Assembly (NCBI GenBank): GCA_017407205.1
Contig: JAFQXA010000019.1
Span: 41,210 to 105,209, forward strand
DNA length: 64,000 nt
Direction: 5' to 3'
Source of the DNA: Clostridia bacterium
GTDB taxonomy: Bacteria > Bacillota > Clostridia > Christensenellales > CAG-138
Shown: positions 10,904-17,975 of the stretch, in pieces
Layout: each line of letters begins with the position of its first letter
Position numbering within the stretch: the stretch's first letter is position 1
Notes under the pieces: model-generated
The model's database searches: none
Seen by the model: only the letters and a program-made list of their open reading frames with translations
Told to the model about the DNA's origin: nothing
Position numbers and translations under genes: made by a program

Positions 10904-11664
10904 GAATAAGAACGGTTATAAGCTATGACGGCACGAATTACGTTGGCTACCAGGTACAGCTAAACGGAATAAGTATACAGGAAAAAATTGAAAAGGCACT
11001 GTTTGAAATAACGGGCGAAAAAATTGTTTTGCACGCATCGGGGCGAACGGATTCAGGTGTTCACGCAAGGGCACAGGTTGCACATTTTGATACGGAAAGT
11101 AAAATACCGCCCGATAAATTCAGCTTTGCACTTAATGCGCATTTGCCCAAGGATATACGCATTATGCACAGCGAGGAAGCAGATCGTGAGTTTCACTCAC
11201 GCTTTTCCGCGAAGAAAAAGACATATTGCTATACTGTGCAAAACGGTATACATGAAAATCCGTTCCTTCGAAATACCGCACTCTTTATTCATTCCGACAT
11301 AGATTTTGATGCAATGCAGAAAGAGGCAGAAGCGGTAGTCGGCACCCATGATTTTGCCGCTTTCCGTTCAACGGGTACAGTTAACAAAACAACGGTGAGA
11401 ACGGTGTTCGAGTCTTACTGGACAAAAAAAGAAAATCTCTATATTTATACTGTAACGGGTGACGGTTTCCTGTATAATATGGTTAGAATACTTGCAGGAA
11501 CAATGCTTGATGTAGGCACGAAAAGGCTCGAAAAGGGTGCGATAGCGCGTGCACTTGAGAGCACACAAAGAAGTGATGCAGGTGCAACAGCACCGCCTCA
11601 TGGACTCATGCTTTACCGCGTGGTCTATCCTGATTTTGATACGGAGGATGTTTTAAAAAAATGA
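10900..11664 (+). CDS. truA: tRNA pseudouridine(38-40) synthase TruA
   Basis: MRIRTVISYDGTNYVGYQVQ, catalytic GRTDSGVHA, and the usual position after ecfT. The start was moved from the track ORF (10855) to the conserved N-terminus. Confidence 0.9.
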   Translation: MRIRTVISYDGTNYVGYQVQLNGISIQEKIEKALFEITGEKIVLHASGRTDSGVHARAQVAHFDTESKIPPDKFSFALNAHLPKDIRIMHSEEADREFHSRFSAKKKTYCYTVQNGIHENPFLRNTALFIHSDIDFDAMQKEAEAVVGTHDFAAFRSTGTVNKTTVRTVFESYWTKKENLYIYTVTGDGFLYNMVRILAGTMLDVGTKRLEKGAIARALESTQRSDAGATAPPHGLMLYRVVYPDFDTEDVLKK

Positions 11665-12608
11665 AAGTAGTAGTATTGCCGCCCGTTGATGAGGGGCACA
11701 AAAAGACACTTCAAAGCGCTTGCGAAAGTGCACACTTTGTATATACAACACGAGAAAAAGTGAGCGAAAAAGATGTTTGCGATGCCGATATAATTTTTGG
11801 CAATGTGCCGTTTGACTTGCTTAAAAAAACGAAAAAATTAAAGCTTTTACAGCTTGCGGCAGCAGGGACTGACGGATATCTTGATACGCTTCCTCAAGGT
11901 GCTACCCTTGCAAATGTAACGGGTGCTTTCGGGCTTGCAATCGGTGAGCATATGCTTGGCGTAACGCTTATGATAATGAAGCGCTTGCACCAATACAGGG
12001 ATAACCAGCTAAAGCATGATTGGCGTGATATGGGCAATGTAAACTCAATCGAGGGCTCAACGGTGCTCGTGCTGGGCATGGGTGATATAGGCGGAAGCTA
12101 TGCTAAAAAAATGAAAGCGTTGGGTGCTTATGTGATAGGTGTAAGAAGAACCGACCTCACAAAGCCCGACTATGCAGATGAAGTTCATCTTACAAGTGAA
12201 ACGGACAAGCTTTTGGGTAGAGCCGATATAGTTGCAATGGCAATGCCTTCCATGAAAGAAACATATAAATTCATGGATAAAAGAAGGCTTGCACTTTTAA
12301 AGGACGGTGCAATACTTGTAAATGTAGGCAGGGGCAATGCAATAGATACGGAAAGCCTTGCGGATGAATGTGCAAAGGGCAGAATAAGTGCAGCCCTTGA
12401 TGTAACAGACCCTGAGCCCTTGCCGAGTGACCACAGGCTTTGGGATATGGAAAATGTTGTGATAACACCGCACATTTCGGGATTTTTCCACTTAAAGAAA
12501 ACGCTTGATAATGAAGTTGACATTGCAGCATACAACATAAAAGCACTTGCAGAGGGCAGGGAATTTAAAAATCTTGTTGACATGGAAACAGGCTATCTTA
12601 AGAAATAA
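11661..12608 (+). CDS. D-isomer-specific 2-hydroxyacid dehydrogenase family protein
   Basis: NAD-binding GMGDIGGSYA Rossmann motif, a VNVGRG segment, and the ITPHISG catalytic His region. Confidence 0.7.
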   Translation: MKVVVLPPVDEGHKKTLQSACESAHFVYTTREKVSEKDVCDADIIFGNVPFDLLKKTKKLKLLQLAAAGTDGYLDTLPQGATLANVTGAFGLAIGEHMLGVTLMIMKRLHQYRDNQLKHDWRDMGNVNSIEGSTVLVLGMGDIGGSYAKKMKALGAYVIGVRRTDLTKPDYADEVHLTSETDKLLGRADIVAMAMPSMKETYKFMDKRRLALLKDGAILVNVGRGNAIDTESLADECAKGRISAALDVTDPEPLPSDHRLWDMENVVITPHISGFFHLKKTLDNEVDIAAYNIKALAEGREFKNLVDMETGYLKK

Positions 12609-12629
12609 TCCTTTTTGAGGAGGAACAGC

Positions 12630-13919
12630 ATGGACAATATATTGCTTATACTGTGTATTTTACTGATGCTTATTTGCGTTGCACTTTTAATTGTACTCTT
12701 GGTGAAGCAAGGGGGCAATAAAAGCGAACAGGCGATTGAAGCTTTGAGACGTGAAAGTGCAGAGCGCGAGCGTGCCACGCGTACAGAGCTTAACGAAAAT
12801 CTGCGTGCAGGGCTTGGCATTATAAACGATAATGTTTCCGGCAAGGTTTCAGAGATTGATAACAACCTGATGTCAAAGCTTGAGATTTTAAACCAGAACC
12901 AGTACACGGCAAGCAAGAATCTTGAAAACCGCCTTGCAACTTTTTCGGGTGAGAATGAGCAAAAGCTTGAAAATATCCGCTTGACTGTTGAAAAACGCTT
13001 GAACTATATTCAGGAAGACAACAATAAACGCCTTGACGAGATCCGCACGATTGTTGATGAAAAGCTTCAGGAGCGTATGAATCAAAGCTTTGCCCTGGTA
13101 AGTGAAAGGCTTGAGCTTGTTTATAAGGGGCTCGGCGAAATGCAAACCCTTGCAGTTGGTGTGGGTGACCTTAAAAAGGTGCTTTCAAATGTAAAGACGA
13201 GGGGCGTTTTGGGCGAAATGCAGCTTGGTGCAATAATATCTGAAATACTTGCACCCGAGCAGTATGAAACAAATGTAATAACTGTCAAAAACAGCCGCAA
13301 TCCGGTCGAATATGCAATTAAAATGCCGGGCAATGACGGCGACTCGTTCGTATATCTGCCGATAGATGCAAAGTTCCCGTCCGATGCGTATTATGAGCTT
13401 ATGGACGCTTATGAAAGCGGTGATGCTGTGCGTGTAAAGACGGCACAGGACACCTTGAAAACGCGAATAAAGGGCTTTGCAAAGGATATAAAGACAAAGT
13501 ATATAGAGCCACCCAACACAACCGACTTTGCAATAATGTTTTTGCCGACGGAGGGCTTGTATGCCGAGGCCGTGAAACTTGGACTCATTGAAGCCTTACA
13601 GCGTGAACACAAAGTGAGCATAACGGGCCCGTCCACAATGGCGGCACTTTTGAACAGCTTGCAGATGGGATTCAGGACGCTTGCAATACAGAAGCGAAGC
13701 AGTGAGGTATGGAAAGTGCTGGGTGCTGTACGCACAGAGTTTGATAAATTTCATGAAGTGCTTGAAAAGACACAGGAAAAGCTTACAAAGGCAAACAGCG
13801 ACCTTGATGCACTCATTGGAGTAAGAACAAGAAAGATTATGAGCAAGCTTAAGGATGTTACGGCACTTCCTTATGAAGAAGCTCAAACATATTTGCCGAC
13901 AAATGATGATATAAACTGA
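12630..13919 (+). CDS. rmuC: DNA recombination protein RmuC
   Basis: N-terminal TM helix plus long coiled coil, then a C-terminal RmuC nuclease-like region (FAIMFLPTEGLYAEA). ATG at 12630 follows GAGGAGG. Confidence 0.8.
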   Translation: MDNILLILCILLMLICVALLIVLLVKQGGNKSEQAIEALRRESAERERATRTELNENLRAGLGIINDNVSGKVSEIDNNLMSKLEILNQNQYTASKNLENRLATFSGENEQKLENIRLTVEKRLNYIQEDNNKRLDEIRTIVDEKLQERMNQSFALVSERLELVYKGLGEMQTLAVGVGDLKKVLSNVKTRGVLGEMQLGAIISEILAPEQYETNVITVKNSRNPVEYAIKMPGNDGDSFVYLPIDAKFPSDAYYELMDAYESGDAVRVKTAQDTLKTRIKGFAKDIKTKYIEPPNTTDFAIMFLPTEGLYAEAVKLGLIEALQREHKVSITGPSTMAALLNSLQMGFRTLAIQKRSSEVWKVLGAVRTEFDKFHEVLEKTQEKLTKANSDLDALIGVRTRKIMSKLKDVTALPYEEAQTYLPTNDDIN

Positions 13920-13942
13920 ATTTTAAAGAGGAGGAATTAAAA

Positions 13943-14653
13943 ATGGCAACACCGCATATTAACGCAGAAAAGGGCGATTTCGCTAAAACCGTACTTATGC
14001 CCGGCGATCCGCTTCGTGCAAAGTTTATCGCAGAGAATTTTCTTGAGGATGCCCGTCTTGTAACAAGCGTAAGAAACATACTCGGCTACACAGGTACATA
14101 CAAGGGAAAGAAAGTATCCGTAATGGCAAGCGGAATGGGTATGCCGTCAATGGGCATATATTCATATGAGCTTTTCAACTGCTTTGATGTTGAAAACATA
14201 ATCCGCATCGGCACAGCAGGCTCGATAGCTCCCCAGGTTAAGCTCAAGAGCATTATAGTCGGCATGAGTGCAAGCTTTGACTCAAACTTTGGTGCACAGT
14301 TCAAAATGCCCGGCACATACTGCCCCACAGCAAGCTATAAGCTTTTAAAGGCTGCAACGGACACGGCAGAAGAACTTAATTTGAACATTCATGTCGGCAA
14401 CATCTTCTCAAGTGATTTGTTCTATGATGATGCTTCAACAACTCTCGATTGGCAGAAAATGGGAGTATTGGGCGTTGAAATGGAAAGTGCAGCCCTTTAT
14501 ATGAACGCAGCAAGAGCAGGCAAGAACGCACTTTGCATCTGCACAGTATCCGACGAATTGCCCACGGGCAACCGCTGCACAACAGAGGAGCGCCAGCAGA
14601 ACTTCACCGACATGATGAAGCTCGCCCTCGAAATGCTCGACAAGATAGACTGA
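13943..14653 (+). CDS. deoD: purine nucleoside phosphorylase DeoD-type
   Basis: MATPHINAEKGDFAKTVLMPGDPLRAKFIAENFL and GVEMESAALY are near-canonical DeoD sequences. Confidence 0.9.
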   Translation: MATPHINAEKGDFAKTVLMPGDPLRAKFIAENFLEDARLVTSVRNILGYTGTYKGKKVSVMASGMGMPSMGIYSYELFNCFDVENIIRIGTAGSIAPQVKLKSIIVGMSASFDSNFGAQFKMPGTYCPTASYKLLKAATDTAEELNLNIHVGNIFSSDLFYDDASTTLDWQKMGVLGVEMESAALYMNAARAGKNALCICTVSDELPTGNRCTTEERQQNFTDMMKLALEMLDKID

Positions 14654-14676
14654 TAACTAAAACGCAAAAGACACAA

Positions 14677-14706
14677 AAAACGCACGGATTTTTCCGTGCG
14701 TTTTTG
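14677..14706 (+). terminator. intrinsic terminator of deoD
   Basis: CGCACGGA (14681-14688) pairs with TCCGTGCG (14693-14700), followed by TTTTT. Confidence 0.85.
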
Positions 14707-14720
14707 CTTGTATTGAAAAT
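14697..14720. repeat. left copy of 24-nt imperfect direct repeat bracketing the accessory islet
   Basis: TGCGTTTTTGCTTGTATTGAAAAT compared with TGCGTTTTTGCTTACCTTGAAAAT at 17952-17975: 21 of 24 identical, including an exact 13-mer and an exact 8-mer in register. Confidence 0.6.
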
Positions 14721-14844
14721 TTTAGTCTGCGTTTTCCGGTTTCTGCTTGCTGAGTGGAAATATTGTGCCTTTAATATGTTGATTCAAAGGGATAGAACCT
14801 CACACTTCGATTATATAATTGACAAGGATAAGTGGGTTGTATAA

Positions 14845-14858
14845 CACAATATATTGTG
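14845..14858. promoter_or_regulatory. perfect 14-bp palindrome CACAATATATTGTG, candidate XRE operator
   Basis: Perfect dyad read directly from the sequence. It lies about 100 nt upstream of the HTH gene and next to TTGACA/TATAAT-like boxes. Confidence 0.45.
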
Positions 14859-14897
14859 CTATAATAAGCAATATAGACCAAAAAATATCAAAACAAC

Positions 14898-14926
14898 TTG
14901 ACAATGTTATAATTAAACAGTATGAT
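14898..14926 (+). promoter_or_regulatory. sigma-A type promoter (TTGACA-17 nt-TATGAT) for the XRE/ImmA genes
   Basis: TTGACA at 14898-14903 and TATGAT at 14921-14926, 30 nt upstream of the ATG at 14957. Confidence 0.55.
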
Positions 14927-14956
14927 TATAAATAAAGATTAAAGGAGGTTTGATAT

Positions 14957-15301
14957 ATGTCGGTATTTAGTGAAAGGCTTACGGCATTGATGAAAGCAAA
15001 AGGATTTTCACAAAAAGAATTTGCAAAGCGAGCGAATGTTACTGAATCGGCAATGTCTTACTATGTAAAAGGAGTACGTACTCCGAGTGGAGAAGTACTC
15101 GCAAGAATTGCAAGGGCACTCGATACAACGGCCGATTATCTTTTAGGTAGCACGGATAGCATCGAAGTGCCTGAAGAACAAAAAGAACTTAAATATCTGC
15201 AAAGAAATCTCGGCAAATTGGATGATAAACAATTAAAAACAGCAGAAAAAATGTTGAAATTGATGTTTAATGACATTTTTGAGGATGATGACGAGGAGTG
15301 A
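14957..15301 (+). CDS. XRE-family helix-turn-helix transcriptional regulator (ImmR-like)
   Basis: LMKAKGFSQKEFAKRANVTESAMSYYVKGVRTPSGEVLARIARALDTTADYLLG is a classic HTH_3 domain. RBS AAAGGAGG. Confidence 0.85.
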   Translation: MSVFSERLTALMKAKGFSQKEFAKRANVTESAMSYYVKGVRTPSGEVLARIARALDTTADYLLGSTDSIEVPEEQKELKYLQRNLGKLDDKQLKTAEKMLKLMFNDIFEDDDEE

Positions 15302-15305
15302 ATTT

Positions 15306-15971
15306 GTGGCGAGTAGTGCAAAACCAAATTTTTCAGCAGCATATTCAAAAGCTAATGAGATTTTAGTAAAATCCCTTGTTATTTCCATGTTTCCTTTTTC
15401 TCCTATTGAACTTGTGAAAGAACAATCCGCCATAATGTGCCGTACTTACAAAAAGGCTCAAAAGTATGGCATTGACATTACTGCTTTTGGCAGTGATTCG
15501 GCTACTATTTTTGAATGTGACGGAAGGCAGATCATATTTTACGATGACAGCAAAGTGATGACTCATGTAAAATACTCAATTTTACACGAGCTGGGACATT
15601 CTTTAATCAATCACGATTTTTCTGTTAATGATAAAGAAACTTACGGTCAATACGAGGTTGAAACAAACTATTTTGCTGCTCAATTGCTTATGCCGGAACA
15701 GGTGCTGCGAGAGTTTGCGAAGCGCGGAGCCCGTATCACAAAAGAGTTTCTGATGGAACATTTTGAAGTGTCGGAAACGGCTGCAAAAAAACGCATTGAA
15801 ACGCTTGCGAAAACAACGGCTGAGTGGCGTTCCCGTCAAGAGAAAGAATTTGATGATATTATTCTCTGTAAGTTCTCTGCTTTTATCAATAGCACTTGTC
15901 CTTATAGCAATGACTACTTTGATTTTGAGGACGAATATGAACGTCAGCGTACAAGAGATTCTTGGTTTTAA
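15306..15971 (+). CDS. ImmA/IrrE-family zinc metallopeptidase
   Basis: HELGHSLINHD HExxH motif in the ImmA/IrrE context, directly downstream of the XRE gene. GTG at 15306 lies 7 nt after GAGGAG; the track ORF is 15270..15971. Confidence 0.75.
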   Translation: MASSAKPNFSAAYSKANEILVKSLVISMFPFSPIELVKEQSAIMCRTYKKAQKYGIDITAFGSDSATIFECDGRQIIFYDDSKVMTHVKYSILHELGHSLINHDFSVNDKETYGQYEVETNYFAAQLLMPEQVLREFAKRGARITKEFLMEHFEVSETAAKKRIETLAKTTAEWRSRQEKEFDDIILCKFSAFINSTCPYSNDYFDFEDEYERQRTRDSWF

Positions 15972-16000
15972 TTGCAAGCTTAAAATATAGATTGGAGGTG

Positions 16001-16075
16001 ATGTTTATGATTGTAGATAAAGATAAAGAAAAAAGCATTTCGCAAGTTGCGCCAACAACGAACGAAACGCTTTGA
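16001..16075 (+). CDS. possible 24-aa leader peptide (MFMIVDKDKEKSISQVAPTTNETL)
   Basis: ATG follows GGAGGTG, and the ORF is followed by a structured region. It is too short to support by composition. Confidence 0.2.
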   Translation: MFMIVDKDKEKSISQVAPTTNETL

Positions 16076-16192
16076 GTGTCGGATATGCTATGATATCCAA
16101 CCAGTGGACAGGTTCATTGTAGCATATCCTTCGATGGTTGTAAATTTAAAAATTTATGCTGTCTATCTAAAAGATTAAGGAGGATATAAAAA

Positions 16193-16885
16193 ATGACAGA
16201 TAAAAAAACAAATAATTTATTCTATGACGGTTTTAACTCGAAACTGATCGAAACCGCATTTTTCGAGGGCTTTCTTGAAATTCCTATCTTGGAAGCTCCG
16301 AAAGAAATTATTATACCTTCGGTTGCTGTACCGTTTTCAAAAAGAAAGGAGCTTACTGACCCTTCGAAAGAAATGCTCGTTTTCTACGAGAAAGATCCCG
16401 TGTTTAGAGATTTCGTAAGTATACCGCAGAATTACATTGATGAACTGAAAAATGTCAAAATAATCACTACGCCTGATTGCTCTCTTTATCGAGACATGCC
16501 ACTTTGGTCGCAAATAGCGAACATTGGTGTGAGTCGCTCTGTAGGATATTATTTGCAACAGCAAGGAAAATATGTGATTCCCAATGTTCGTTGGGGAGAT
16601 GAGCAGACATACACAAAAGGTCTGCTGGATTATCCACCTGCATTTTCGGGTATACCGAAAAACAGTATTGTTTCAATCGGTACTTATGGATGCAGTCAAA
16701 AGAAAGAGGACAAATATTTTCTTGAAGCAGGGCTTGAAGTCATGCTTCAAGAATTAGCACCGCAGGTCGTTGTAGTGTACGGTTCGTATAACCCTAAAAT
16801 CTTCGGCAAATACGAGCGTTATACGCAGTTCCATCATTTGCCTGACTGGACTACATATGCCCACAATGGGAAGAGGGTGGTCTGA
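16193..16885 (+). CDS. DUF4417 domain protein (function unknown)
   Basis: The pattern FYEKDPVFRDF..KIITTPDCSLYRDMPLWSQIANIGVSRSVGYYLQQQGKYVIPNVRWGDE..SIVSIGTYG matches my recollection of the DUF4417 family. RBS AAGGAGG. Confidence 0.55.
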   Translation: MTDKKTNNLFYDGFNSKLIETAFFEGFLEIPILEAPKEIIIPSVAVPFSKRKELTDPSKEMLVFYEKDPVFRDFVSIPQNYIDELKNVKIITTPDCSLYRDMPLWSQIANIGVSRSVGYYLQQQGKYVIPNVRWGDEQTYTKGLLDYPPAFSGIPKNSIVSIGTYGCSQKKEDKYFLEAGLEVMLQELAPQVVVVYGSYNPKIFGKYERYTQFHHLPDWTTYAHNGKRVV

Positions 16886-16886
16886 T

Positions 16887-17378
16887 ATGGGAACGAGCAA
16901 AAGCGGACGTTATCTTAATACCAGGGGCTCCGGCAGAAGTGTCAGCGATTTTGCTTTGGTACATTCAAGCGAAGGTGCATTCACCCGTAGTCAAACCCGT
17001 GTCAACGGGGAAGTGGTTATTAAACTTCGGCTTAATAATGGTGGGCACAGCCAGAAAGGGATGGATTTGCTCGATAAATACGGCATTAACTATAATATCG
17101 TTAAAACCTATCCAAATGGCGTTCGTATTGGCAATATACCTAACCATATGCAACGCTCAAAGCGTAGTGGGACAAGTCAAGCGTGGTTCCCTAAATCGTG
17201 GACAGAAAAAGACATTCGACGAGCAGGAGAACACGTTTCCGGTCTTAAAGGCAATCGCCGTATCGCAGACGGCAAAAAAATATATGGTGTCTACAAAGGT
17301 GTGCGAGTTGGCGTTATTCGTACTAATGGAAAAATCGCCACAGTTTTCCCGGACTCTAATCAAAATAAACGGAGGTGA
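16887..17378 (+). CDS. stand-alone EndoU-like / polymorphic-toxin-type nuclease domain protein (putative toxin)
   Basis: The motifs NNGGHSQKG .. SQAWFPKSWTEKDIRRAG .. GVRVGVIRTNGKIATVFPD resemble the bacterial EndoU toxin signature (GGH .. K[ST]xFPxxW[ST]xxxI .. I.T.[FY]P). No N-terminal trafficking domain is present. The ATG at 16887 is 1 nt after the DUF4417 stop; the track ORF starts at 16857. Confidence 0.45.
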   Translation: MGTSKSGRYLNTRGSGRSVSDFALVHSSEGAFTRSQTRVNGEVVIKLRLNNGGHSQKGMDLLDKYGINYNIVKTYPNGVRIGNIPNHMQRSKRSGTSQAWFPKSWTEKDIRRAGEHVSGLKGNRRIADGKKIYGVYKGVRVGVIRTNGKIATVFPDSNQNKRR

Positions 17379-17383
17379 TATTT

Positions 17384-17713
17384 ATGCAGTTTGTTGAGTT
17401 TCGTGAAATAATCAAAAAACGTACTTTTATCGATGATGAGTGGTATACTGAAATTGAAAAATGTTGGAAAGAAATGATAGAACTTTTTTCGTTGGATATA
17501 GATAAGACCATTCGTTTCCTTGATGTATGTACCGCTGACGAGTTCTCTTGGCTAAGTGAAATTATGGAGGATATAGCTAAAAGAACTCACAACAAGGAGT
17601 TTATTAGTGCATTGAAAAAAACGGCAGATAAATATCCCGAAGAAACACAACGGTACAATATTGTTGATTTTATAGAGTCAGCAGAATGTATTGTTGTTGA
17701 CGAGCAGGAATAG
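17384..17713 (+). CDS. small acidic protein, candidate cognate immunity protein
   Basis: ATG lies 6 nt after GGAGGTG, and that RBS overlaps the toxin stop codon. The protein is 109 aa and acidic, in the canonical immunity position. No motif was recognised. Confidence 0.4.
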   Translation: MQFVEFREIIKKRTFIDDEWYTEIEKCWKEMIELFSLDIDKTIRFLDVCTADEFSWLSEIMEDIAKRTHNKEFISALKKTADKYPEETQRYNIVDFIESAECIVVDEQE

Positions 17714-17715
17714 TG

Positions 17716-17922
17716 ATGAAATTTAACACGCTAAAAGAGGCCATTCAGTTTCGCATAATAGAAAGTGAAGAGAATTATTGGGTTGACTATAATGAGTACG
17801 TGAAAAGCATAGAAGAAATTGGATATGCTAAAATCGTATTGCTGAATAAAATTGTCGCAGTTTTCCCAGACTTTAATCAAAAACGTACATTTATCGATGC
17901 TGAAAGTAGAATAGAAGAATAA
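17716..17922 (+). CDS. 68-aa hypothetical protein with a chimeric C-terminus (toxin tail + immunity head scar)
   Basis: The start overlaps the upstream stop (TAGTGATG). Its last 21 codons repeat 17331-17365 joined to 17410-17438. Confidence 0.35.
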   Translation: MKFNTLKEAIQFRIIESEENYWVDYNEYVKSIEEIGYAKIVLLNKIVAVFPDFNQKRTFIDAESRIEE

Positions 17923-17926
17923 ATCA

Positions 17927-17961
17927 AACGCAGCAAGAATGAAATCTTTGCTGCGTTTTTG
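17927..17961. terminator. intrinsic terminator at right end of islet (hairpin also faces the convergent VanW gene)
   Basis: AACGCAGCAA (17928-17937) pairs with TTGCTGCGTT (17948-17957), followed by TTTT. Confidence 0.8.
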
Positions 17962-17975
17962 CTTACCTTGAAAAT
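17952..17975. repeat. right copy of 24-nt imperfect direct repeat bracketing the accessory islet
   Basis: See 14697-14720. This copy ends 1 nt before the stop codon of the convergent gene 17976..19625. Confidence 0.6.
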
